From assembly GCA_951804945.1 (NCBI GenBank), contig OX638152.1:96534001-96598000 (forward strand): DNA of 64,000 bases, read 5' to 3'. Made by a program: the position numbers and the translations under genes. Positions 23,244-34,127 of this stretch are shown piece after piece. Numbering within the stretch: position 1 is the stretch's first letter; each line of letters opens with the position of its first letter. Source of the stretch: Podarcis cretensis. Lineage: Eukaryota. The notes below the pieces were generated by a model, which did not search any database, was not told the origin of the DNA, and was given only the letters and a program-made list of their open reading frames with translations.

Positions 23244-25349
23244 AAACTGCAACCATTCTCCTCGAATGCAAGGAGTAAGGGGGTGATGATGGGGTGTAAA
23301 GGGAAGGGGCTGGTGAGGTGTAAAGAGATTGTGGTGGTTTGCAAGGGGAGGGTAAGCAGAGTTGGTAAGCAAAGGAAACAGTGGTGGCCTTAGTCCTTAG
23401 TACAATACATTCATAATAGCAGCAGTAAAAAGATTCCAAAGATTTCTATATGATTTGATCCATTTCGGTGTGCCACTGCCAGACATTCCAATACAAGAGA
23501 AAAAAACAATTGAGGCCATAATCAATTGATTCCCCAACTCCCAAATGAACTAAACCCATTTTCATAGAGACACTGAGAAAGCAGAGCTTTTCAGTTACAA
23601 TCTACTGATTGACAATCTACTGATGGATAATGGGAAATGAGTGACAGTGCATGTTTTTAAAAATTGCACAGCATTGTCTTTGTGTGGAAGATTGAAAATG
23701 GATTCCCCACCAGATGTAGTTATGGTTGAGGGTCTGTTACGAAGCGATGTCTTTGCATTAAACTATTTTAAAAAGCAACAACTGAGCTATAAGCTCTTAT
23801 GAGCTAAAATGTTTTCAAAAAATGGTTATACAATGCTTCTAAAGAGCTTTTTTTTAAAAAAGTAGATTTTCTCTCAGTCCAAATGTTTTAAATTATGCTG
23901 TTGTCAAGCAGCAAAATCTCTATGTGCGTTTCCAAAGAAGAGCAGGGGAGATGACTCACGACATCTTAAGGAGCTACTACTAAACACTCAACATACTGAA
24001 AGTATACAGTAAGTGGCAGTGCTTAAATCTACAGTACTTAAGAAGAAAGAACATCATGTGGTCAATTTGAACATATTCTGCTGCTGTGATAGCAGCGTTG
24101 AGACTTTGATTCTGACCCAGAAAAATCCACTTAAAAGTCTGCCTCGTGCTGATTTGAATGCCTATGGAATCTATATCGATTCTGTCACTGAAAAAACACA
24201 GAATTCCATTCAGCAGCAGGAGAGAGGTGAGGGTAGGATCAAAATATGCGTCATCCACATGGTTGCATTGCTAGTTTTTAATGTCTGTAACAGAAAATTG
24301 TCTGTACACATGAATCTAGTGGTCATTTCTCACAGTAAAAAGAATTTTAGGAAAGGGCAATGGAAATGGAGAGTTAGCTTATACAGGAAAAATAGTTGCT
24401 TGCTTGCTTTATATTTCGCATTAATCAGTAAATGAGGCAAGGTGATAGACTTCCTTTTTACCACAGTGTGCAATACCTCAGGAGAAGCACCAAACTGGGA
24501 GCTTTGCCCTAAGCAAATGAAAACAAGATGATACCTAGTGGTAGTCATATTCAGAGTAGACCCACACTGATTTCAATGAGTCCACTCAGAGTATGACTAA
24601 TATTAGCCACCACACATTACTTTTGGTAAAGTAAAAAGCCAACCTACTTTTGAAAAAATAAAATAAACAAGGGAAGTTGGAGTCCCAAATAACAATTTGT
24701 ATGTTGAATGGGAAGAAATAATTATTCAGGGTACTCTCACCTTTTTTATTAGGACATTTGAGCAGAGATTTCAATCCCTGGGCTCATCACTGCAGATTTT
24801 AACTGATTTAAGAGTGATTTCCTTATATCAGAGTATCCTAGGAAATACAATTCTGTGAAGGGAAAACGGAAACATGTAGCAGTGTTCTCAGCACTCTGAC
24901 AAATATAACTCCCAGAATTCTTCAGGGAGGAGAAACACATGTATTTAGTAAAACAAATATGGAATACCTAACAGTTCTGGTGGATATACAACCTGTGTAT
25001 AAGAGTACAAAATGCTTTTTTGCCCTGGTATTTTGTGTAGTCGCTTCTGCTTCAATAGTTTTGTATTTTTGTTGCCTTTCAGTCTTATTTTTGTTTGAAG
25101 GATATTATTACATTGCATTTTTTTTTAAAGAAAATGATTGAACGCTACAATGGGATCCACTGGGTAAAGGGTGGTCTAGAATTCTAACAAATAAATATGA
25201 ATAAAGAAAAGCTTAATTCACTGAAAGCTATTTTGTAAAAAACAAAACCCTAATATTAAGAGGAACAATGCACATTGTTCTGCAAGGTTGCTAAGTAACA
25301 GTGGCATGTCCCCCATTGCGACACAATCCCGTTGGATGACTTGCAACAA

Positions 25350-25516
25350 GTGAATTATTCTTATTCTTATTATTAACAGAATTTATATACCACCCTAAAC
25401 CCGCAAGTCTCAGGATAAAATCAGAATATAAAACCACAAAGTACAAAGCCAAAATAAAAACAAAAACCCAATACCCTTCCAAAACATTTTAAAGGGGCAA
25501 AGGATGTCAATCAAAT
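25350..25516 (-). mobile_element. L2-type LINE 3' tail
   Basis: (TTA)-rich tail, ATTTATATACC, AAAACATTTTAAA..GGATGTCAATCAA, similar to 31630-31795. Confidence 0.55.
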
Positions 25517-25809
25517 CAACCAAGTGAGGATGCTCTGGCACCTGGATGGTGCCTGGTATCTCCATCTTCTGGTGTTGCATGCCTGCGGATCCTTGGATCT
25601 CGACTGTTTTCACAAACTAGCAGCACATCCTGTACAATACTTTCTGTACAATCAGAATGAATTTCAGGAACCAAAGAGATGTATTGAAAAATATGACTTC
25701 TGAGCCTTCTGGCCCAAAAATGGCAACTAGTCATGCCGTTTTGGCGACTGTAAGCCTGGTTTAAGGAGCCATTTGGCACCTAGCTGATATATCTGACTTT
25801 CTAACACTG
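25517..25809 (+). mobile_element. Unclassified DNA-transposon-like element, left end missing
   Basis: Homologous to 46875-47007 (same strand) and 47765-47926 (opposite strand); ends TTCTAACACTG, the inverse of a CAGTGTT terminus. Confidence 0.65.
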
Positions 25810-26544
25810 CTTCTCTCATAAGCCATACAATTCAGTGATACTCCTCAAAATCTTTTATTTGCCTCCTGTTCTTTCTGAGTCAAGCATGAACACCTTTCAC
25901 AGCCACATTCTCAGTGGGTCCAATTCCTTCCTGCACTCTCCGCAAGTTGCTCATGCTGTTGAAAGGGTAAAGAGGATGCCCTGGACTGGAAGAATAGCAT
26001 CCTTTTTTCTTTCTTTTTTTACTGACCCAATGCCCTGGATATGGATAAGATTGGCTCCGATGAGGTGAGGAAATGATCAGGAATGGTTGTGAGACCAGAG
26101 AGAATTTAGCTATTTGGGTAAGGAGGTGGCATGTCTCTGGTTCAAAATGGCCTCTGGGGTGAGCAATTGCATACTGTTAAGGAATAATCATTTCTCTTTA
26201 CTTCTGTTTCCCCCCTTGTCTCATGGCAAAGGCCTCTCGACTCATCTATTAAGTTGCCATTGAAGGGGCCAGAGAACAAATTAAAAGCATAAAGCATCCT
26301 TGAAGCCTAGAGAAAAGGTGCTGCTTCCACCTTACTCCCCCTGCTTTTGATGCAGAGGACTAGCACTTTCAACGCAGTAGTTAAAACATGGGTCACCAAT
26401 ATGGCAGCTTCGGGTGCACATGTGCCCACACAGACCTTCTCTGGTGCTCACAGGGTTCCCTGCTGAAATCAGGCTCAAAAGGGATTCTATCAGAGTCAAC
26501 ATAAAGGGTTGTGGTGCCCACGGGTCCAAATGGTTGGTGACTAC

Positions 26545-26750
26545 TGAGTTAGGATGTTGGCCTTTGAGCTGGGAGACCAGGGTTCAAATTCCCCCTCTCC
26601 CATGATGCTGACTAGGGGACCTTGGGCAGTTACTGTGTCTTGGTCTAATCTACCTCACAGGGTTGTTGTGAAGATAAAATGGGGAGAGGGAGAACCATGT
26701 GGGCCACCTTGAGCTCTTTGGAGGAAAGATGGGATATCAATGTAATTATA
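26545..26750 (+). mobile_element. CORE/MIR-like SINE
   Basis: GGGAGACCAGGGTTCAAATTCCC B box; GACCTTGGGCAGTTAC; CTACCTCACAGGGTTGTTGTGAAGATAAAATGG core. Confidence 0.8.
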
Positions 26751-28381
26751 AGTAAATCATATGATTGACAGGTGGGTTTTCCCACCCAACTGTCAAAGTT
26801 GGCCTGCAGGGTAGCCAAAAAGGTTACCTGGTCTAAGAGGTTAGTGTGGCGGGGAGGTTGTGGGGGGGTGGCTCAGAGGCATTGGGTAATAAAAGCAAGC
26901 AAGGGTGCAGCCCCTAGTATTGTAATAAACTTTTAAAATTAGACACTTTCAGTTATAAACAAATTTGTTTTCGGTGGAATTTAGCTTTTCCTCTTTCCAC
27001 TCTCAGCTAAAGTTAAGTATGATACTTAGGTGAGAATAATCTGATAAAGAGAATATATTGGATCCATACTTTCCCATAAACTATTTTGAAATGTTATTTT
27101 AGAGAAATCAAATGTGCCTGTATGTAGTTGTTTCAACTGAGTATGGTAACATGCCATCTTATTTCATCCCATCTGCTATACAATATATCTTCTTATTGCC
27201 TTTAACATTTTGCACGGGAAACCTTTTTCCTTCTGAGTATTTTTCTAGCTCTGGTATTGTCATTTGGGCAAGCCATCTAATTCTTCACATACCAAAGGGA
27301 CCAGCTAAGGGTGGTGTTGGAGGAGATGCCAAGAAACATTCTTTGGGTGTGGCTTCAGCCTCAGTTAATTAAAACCACATATATTTTCAGATGGAATTCT
27401 AATAAATACAAAATCTCCACCAAAGTAATTTCAGAATAGTTGTGCAATATAAAGTATGCTCAGATAGACACGAACCAGTTCCTTAATTACAGTATAAATG
27501 AGACAACTCACTGACTACCATGAGTAGAGTCAAACTGACTCAAAGTTTCCCTATACATGTGTCATTTTGCTTAAGGGAGCAGAAAGCTATTAGCAAATTA
27601 TCTGAAGATAGCAGAGGCTTCCAACCCTATTTAAAGAAAGAACTTGTTCTGACAGGTTGTCTGAAACAACTAAAATTCCCCACTGGCACTGCAAACTTTC
27701 CTACTGCTTTACTTGTATTACGTATGCATTCAAACTAGAGGGAAGTCCCAAAGATGCCCATTTTAAGCGGCTAGGATAAACTATGCTCTGTAATTTACCC
27801 CTATTCCAAACTCCATTCAGAAGCAGGGCTACTGCTGGCTGGACCAGCTCGGGCTTGGCAGCAGGAAAACAAGCCTCTAAAATAAAGTTCAACTTCCACC
27901 ATCCTTTCTGCCAGTGTAGCTTCCACTGGGTTGCTAGGTCATGCAAACCAGCTAAATTGAGTTTGAATAGAGGTAAGTCTCCCCTTGCCTCATCCCTTTT
28001 TCAGGAAACTCTCTGGCTTCGGTTGAGCCGCAGCTGAGCCAGAATGGAGAACTTATGGCACTGTATCTCTGGATGAGCTGAGACTTCAGCAGCCAGATAT
28101 TTGCCTATTTCAGTTATTGGGTTTGGATTCCTCCCTTTACTACCATCTACCACTGATTTACAACCAGCAATTAGCACTGCACAAAACACAAGCATGACAT
28201 GATCATTGCTCAGAGGTCCTGTGTTACTATATAAAAGAGATGTGACAAGGGAGAATGATACATACAGTTAACTGCAGGGTTAAACTGGTCAAAGTTGTAG
28301 AAAAAGTGAGGCTGGTTGACCAAAGTAAAATCAGTCTTGCTTAAAAGGCCTAGAAACAATATATCAAAAATGACATATTGT

Positions 28382-28450
28382 CATATTCCTGCATTGCGGG
28401 GGGATGGACTAGATGACTCCTGGGTCCCTTGCAACTCTATTCTTCTATGA
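28382..28450 (+). mobile_element. CR1-type 3' tail fragment
   Basis: TTCCTGCATTGCGGGGGGATGGACTAGATGAC..GGTCCCTTGCAACTCTA. Confidence 0.75.
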
Positions 28451-28558
28451 ATATGGATGTAAGCCTCTAATATTTTAGTGATTAAACAGTATATAAATAA
28501 GGTTAAATAAATAAAGGACAGCATATATACAGTCTAGGTAAGCAACTGCCTGAGAGTA

Positions 28559-28837
28559 CAGTGGTGCCCCGCAAGACGAATGCCTCGCAAGACGAAAAAC
28601 TCGCTAGACGAAAAAGTTTTCCATTTTTTGAGGTGCTTCGCAAGACGAATTTCCCTATGGGCTTGCTTCGCAAGACGAAACGTCTTGCGAGTTCTTGCGA
28701 GTTTGTTTCCTTTTTCTTAAAGTCGCGAAGCCGTTAATAGCCGCTAAGCCGTTAATAGCCGTGCTTCGCAAGACGAAAAAACCGCAAGACGAAGAGACTC
28801 GCAGAACGGATTAATTTCATCTTGCGAGGCACCACTG
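28559..28837 (+). mobile_element. Tc1/mariner MITE, family B
   Basis: TA flanks; TIRs CAGTGGTGCCCCGCAAGA / TCTTGCGAGGCACCACTG. Confidence 0.92.
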
Positions 28838-29212
28838 TATCTGTTCGAGGGGCAACAGCACTTTGTAGGCAACCAGGAACAGCTCAATTTTATTCACATT
28901 TTTCAATACATAGGGAACTGCAATGGTGTGGCATGATTTTAGGGACAGATACTATAGGGCTAGTACTACATGCTTGCAATCTTCTCAACCTGTATATTTG
29001 TATATACACACTTCCTTAAAAAAGGAATTCTCCCCACTGTGCTCTTGCCATGACAGAAACTGTTCCTGATAACTGGTACCCTGGAATTTTATCATACTTT
29101 GAGAAATTGTGTGGGAATGTCAAACTGAGGACCGGCCACAGAGCTCCATGCCACTAGGAAGCCTACAGAGGGCTTGGCTAGTTTGCCAGCTTTAGCTCTG
29201 TGGCACAAGATA

Positions 29213-29471
29213 CCATATTTTTTGCTCTATAAGACACACTTTTTCCATCCTAAAAAGTAAGGGGAAATGTGTGTGCATCTTATGGAGGGAATGAGGGCTG
29301 CGCAGCTATCCCAGAAGCCAGAACAGCAAGAGGGATTGCTGCTTTCACTGCGCAGCGATCCCTCTTGCTGTTCTGGCTTCTGAGATTCAGAATATTTTTT
29401 TTCTTGTTTTCCTCCTCCAAAAACTAGGTGCATCTTGTGGTCTGGTGTGTCTTATAGAGCGAAAAATACAG
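29213..29471 (-). mobile_element. Short MITE related to 18132-19070, with internal hairpin
   Basis: TA flanks; TIRs CCATATTTTTTGCTCTATAAGAC / GTCTTATAGAGCGAAAAATACAG; 31-bp inverted arms at 29312-29342 and 29352-29382. Confidence 0.88.
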
Positions 29472-30269
29472 TAGCCCAACCGGGAACTGGTAACACAAAG
29501 AACCAGTAGAATCCCATCTGGCCTTTTATTACTTAAGTGCAAACTCTGGCCAGGCTCCTCATTTTGAGAAAGATCAAGATAGCGTAGTCAAAGCTGCTCA
29601 GAAACCACTAGTAACACTGCCTAACTTCTACCGAGCCACTGGCTTGACTACTTGCTTGCCTCCATCTTTGATAAGTAGATAATGTGCAACATAATATTAC
29701 AGTGTGAAATTTATGTAAGATGTATATACCAATTGTGTCCACTTCATGCATCAAATAGGCTCTTGCCTATAAAATGTCATGACCCTCCTCTGACGGGTTA
29801 CGTGCCTTCAACCTGAGCCTTCACTGGGCTTCCCTTTTCAAGCCATTCCTGGTTCTATGAGACAGTAGGGCGGGGGAAGGTGGGGTCCCTCGCCTGAACC
29901 GCCCTTCTTTCACCACATCCTTTGTATTTCCTCTGCTTCGGACTCCCCTTTCTCCCCTGGCTCCTGCCTTGTGGGTGGCATCACACACCATAAATCTCTG
30001 GTTCCTTGCCTCCACCACACACTCTTTGGAACCCTGCCAGTCCCTAACTTAAAAGCTCATACCATGATAAATTAGTTTTAAAGGTGCCCTACGATTTGAG
30101 TCGGTCACAACAAGTATAATAATTATATAAATAAACAACCTTTTAATAAAGATCACCTTTCAGAGTCCAGAGCAGATTACAACCCTATAATACATGCAAA
30201 ACACAAAGCAATCAAAGGTAAAACAGAATCCACTTCAGGAAAAGCTGCACTACATATGCCACTCCTACA

Positions 30270-31450
30270 GTACTGTTCTGAAAAGGAATATTTTTATCTG
30301 GTACTGAAACACAGATAGGGTAGCTAGCCAGCCAAAGCTTGGGGGGGGGATTTCATAACTGGGGTGCTACAGCTGAGAAAGCTCTCCATTGGGCCCCTGA
30401 CCCATAGACCTCCACACCAGATAGTAATACTAAGAGGGCCTATCCAGGCAATCTCAAAGAATGAGCAGGAGAGAATAGGAAGAGGAACTCCCTCAGGTAA
30501 CAGAGTCCTAAATTGCTCAAGGCTTTATATGTCAAAACTATTGTCTTGAATTGGGCCCAGCAGAAAAACAAGTAGTCAGTACAGAACTTACAAGTATATC
30601 ACATGGTTCTTTCAAATACATCAGACCCATCAGGACTCTGTAGCAGCTGCATTCACACTAGCTGCAATCTACGAACTACCGGCATTTTCAAGGGCAGCCC
30701 CACACTGAATTCATTACAATAGTTTAAATGGAAGGTTACTATGTTACTGGCTTACATTTGTCAGGCCATCCTCCTGCAAGAAAGCCGGAACTGGCAAGAT
30801 AACCATAATTAGAAATGGACACTGCATGCCAAGGTCACTCGAGCCTCCAGCAACAAAGTGGAATTGAGAAGTATTCCCAGACTACATACCTTAACCTTCA
30901 GGGGGAGTATCTCCAGAAAAGGCCATATTCCTATTTTCTGGACCTAGGATCCACCAATCCACAGAATCTCTTTCTTGTTGGGATTCAGCTTCAGCTTTTT
31001 GGCTTTCATCCTACCAGTATTACCCCCAGGAACTGAACAAGAACCTGCAGAGCTTCACCTGACTCAAATTATATGGAGAAATGCAGCTGAATGTCATCAA
31101 CATACTGATGGCACCTCATTCTTCTAAACTCTGCAAACTGCTTCCAGCAGCTTCATATGCATGATAAAGAGTATAGGGGCAGAATAAACCCTGAGGGCCT
31201 CCACAGCATACTTACCATGAGGGCAGGAAGTCCTCCACTACTACTCTCTGAAAGTGTACCTTTTGCTCCCACACCACAGAGCCAATTCAGGAGGATACCA
31301 TGGTCAGCTGTATCAAATGTTGCTGAGAAATCCCAGGAAAATTAACAAGGTCACACTTCCACTGTCCCTTTCCCAATAAAAGACATCATTCAGGGTGTCA
31401 TTTCACTGCCCAAACCAGGCCTGAAGCCAGACTGAAACGGTTCTCAATAA
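30270..31450 (-). mobile_element. Old L2/CR1-group LINE, degenerate reverse transcriptase region
   Basis: Minus strand gives CHQYVDDIQL (~31085-31113, YADD-type motif) and DFSATFDT (~31310-31335, DLSAAFDT-type motif), with many stops and frameshifts. Confidence 0.75.
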
Positions 31451-31629
31451 TGTGCTCCATTCTCAGTCTTCTAGCAGGTACCAAACCTGCAGAAAAGGAA
31501 AAAAATAATGCAGCAAATACTGCTGTTCTTATGTGCTATATTCTAGCTCCAAAAGTAAAACAGGTTGCTTAGCCTGTTGCATACAAACACACACACACAC
31601 ACACACGTCAGTCTGTACATCACCCTGTA

Positions 31630-32200
31630 TAATAATTACTATTTATTAAATTTGTATACTGCCCTATATTTGCAGGTCTTAGGGCAGTTCCAAGTTAAAC
31701 CAAAATATAAAAACACAAAATACACAAAAATAAAATATAAAATAATTCCCCTCCCTCCCCAACACATTTTAAAAAGCCATTGGGTGTCAATCAATGAAGG
31801 TGCCAGGCAAACTTCCCTGGGGAGAGCATTCCACAGACAGGGAGCCACTGCAGAGAAGGCCCTGCTCTCCTGTTGCCACCCTCCAGACCTCTCGAGGAGG
31901 AACACAAATAAGGGCCTCAGAAGATGATCTCAGGGTCGTCTGGGTACGTTCATATGGAACGTGGCGGTCCTTGAGGTATTGCGGTCCTGTGCCATTTAAG
32001 GCTTAATCGGTCAAAATCAGCACTTTGAATTGGGCCCAGAAACTAATTTGCAGCCAGTGCAGTCGGACGAGGATCTGTGTAATATGCTCAGACTGTCTTG
32101 CTCCGGTGAGCTGAATTCTGAACCATCTTCAGATGGTATGTGCAGTAATCTAACCTTGAGGTTACCAGATCATAGACAGTAGCTGGGTCATCCCTGTTCA
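31630..32200 (-). mobile_element. L2-clade LINE 3' fragment
   Basis: ORF 31639-31905 includes RAFSAVAPCLWNALPREV; upstream GTTAGATTACTGC and LHWL-like codons; TTA-type tail. Confidence 0.85.
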
Positions 32201-32231
32201 GGTTAAGGGCGCAGATGAAGGGACAGCTGCC

Positions 32232-32627
32232 TTGGCAGAAATGACTGGCAGAATCCGTGACCAAGAGAAAGAGACTGTGGAAGAAGACTGGAAGAAGTTT
32301 AAAATATATCTTAAGAGCTACTATAAAATTGAGGAGTGCTAAAATGCTAAGGGAGAGGAAGACGTAGAATTACAGCGGTAAATTTTGTTTGATTTAGGGT
32401 GAAATTGAAAAGGAGAATGAATTTAAATTTAATAGGTTAAAAGGGTTGTTGAATAATTGTTAAAAATAAAAAAGGATGCAAAAAGGGGAAGGTATGGGGA
32501 AGTCCGAGAAAAGAGGCTTATGAAAATTAAGGTTAAGAAATTATGAATTTATGTGTTTGTTTGTATGTTGTTTCTGTTGTGTTTTTTAAAATTGGAAAAC
32601 TAATAAAAAAATTTATAAAAAAAAAAT
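32232..32627 (+). mobile_element. L1-clade LINE, 5'-truncated
   Basis: 17-bp TSD ATGAAGGGACAGCTGCC (32215-32231, 32628-32644); encodes LAEMTGRIRDQEKETVEEDWKKFKIYL; AATAAA plus poly(A) tail. Confidence 0.9.
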
Positions 32628-33328
32628 ATGAAGGGACAGCTGCCGCCTTTGCTAATTCTGATTATTTTACCTCACTGCGCTTTATTATTCTCATATCGTG
32701 AGCTGCCTTCCTGGAGACCTATGCTAAAATAAGTTGGCACAGAATCATAATGCCTGAAGGGATCCACAGGGGTCATCCAGCCTAACCCCGTGAAAGCAGG
32801 CGGATGCATGGGGATGGAACCTCGGTGTGACCAGGGCTAACCAACTAAAGTTATAAGGAACTTCGTAAGAAATAAACGAACCAAAAAGCCTCTCTTTTTG
32901 GCCGGCGCAGCACAGAGGTCTGGGCTTTGGAAAACAGGACAGTAGGGCAGGTTTGAGAGCCCCCATGAGGGAAAACCCCTCTCCTTCCAGGCCCAGAGGC
33001 CGCCTAAGGGAAAAGTGACCGTTGGGCGGGGAAGGGGAAGGAGCCCGCCCGTCCGTCCGCCCGCCCGCCAGCCAGTCAGAGTCCTCTTTCCCACCGCGTC
33101 TCCCAGCAGCGACAAAACCCCGGCTGCCGATTGGGCCGCCGCCGCGGCGCGCGCGCGCGACTTTGGGGGGGCTCGCGCTCCGGTTGGTCCGGAGCCACGT
33201 GCCCTCCCAAATCCGACGAGGGCAAGGCGGGCCTCCTGTTTCCTAGGCTACAGCGGGAAGGCGAAGAGAGCTGGTCACGTGGGGAGAGGGCGGAGGACGA
33301 GGTGGGGAGGGTGTGTGAGAGAGTGTCT

Positions 33329-33366
<38 letters not shown>

Positions 33367-33660
33367 GTGTGTGTCATTCAACCTCCCCTGAAAGCGGCGA
33401 TTGGCGGAGACGGGCGGCTGCCGTGCACGTGACGCGGCGCCCCGGCGCTGCCCGGTTGGTGGTTCCCCTGGTTACGAGGAATGAGGGGGCGGGGCGTCCG
33501 CCGCGGCTGGCAGCCGACAGCAGCAACGGGCGCGCCGCCGCCGCATTAGCAGCGGCCCGTGAAGGCGGCGGCCGCGGCGACCGGTAGCGCCGCCCAGGGG
33601 CAGCTGCGGCTGCGGGAGCGGCCCACCCGCCTCCTCCTCCCTTCTCGCTCCCTCACAGCC

Positions 33661-33708
33661 ATGGCGGCGCCGGAGGTGGCGGCGGCGGTGGCGGCCGCGG
33701 GCGGGTGA
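33661..33708 (+). other. Upstream ORF in RAP2A leader (MAAPEVAAAVAAAGG*)
   Basis: CAGCCATGG strong Kozak context; 16 codons; same frame as the main ATG 153 nt downstream; TSS not known. Confidence 0.55.
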
Positions 33709-33813
33709 GCGAGCGAGCGAGCGAGCGCCCGAGGAAGAGGCGGCGGCGGCGGCGGCGGCGCCTGAGGCGGCCGGTGGGCGAGGCGTTTCGGCGGAGCCCG
33801 GCCCGGGAAGAGG

Positions 33814-34127
33814 ATGCGCGAGTACAAGGTGGTGGTTCTGGGCTCGGGCGGGGTGGGGAAGTCGGCGCTGACCGTGCAGTTCGTCACCGGCACCTTCATC
33901 GAGAAGTACGACCCCACCATCGAGGACTTCTACCGCAAGGAGATCGAGGTGGACGCCTCGCCCTCCGTGCTGGAGATCCTGGACACGGCCGGCACCGAGC
34001 AGTTCGCCTCCATGCGGGACCTGTACATCAAGAACGGGCAGGGCTTCATCCTGGTCTACAGCCTCGTCAACCAGCAGAGCTTCCAGGACATCCGCCCCAT
34101 GCGAGACCAGATCATCCGCGTCAAGAG
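33814..34127 (+). CDS. RAP2A: Ras-related protein Rap-2a, coding exon 1
   Basis: [20 protein letters not shown] (G1), YDPTIEDFY (G2), DTAGTE (G3, Rap-type T61); donor AG|GTGAGG, phase 2. Confidence 0.98.

Noticed and set aside
23596-23628. Short tandem duplication ACAATCTACTGAT x2 (similar case GGAATTAAATGAG x2 at ~19682-19712)
   Set aside because: Ordinary slippage or repair micro-duplications with no sign of function
23980-24435. Overlapping 140-aa (+) and 92-aa (-) ORFs with a minus-strand acceptor-like site at ~24189
   Set aside because: No recognisable homology and no matching donor or partner exon found
33015-33587. 190-aa ORF in the promoter
   Set aside because: CpG-island and (CT)n microsatellite translation; non-ATG start
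33661-33813. N-terminally extended RAP2A from the upstream in-frame ATG
   Set aside because: Two in-frame TGA stops (33706 and ~33763) intervene
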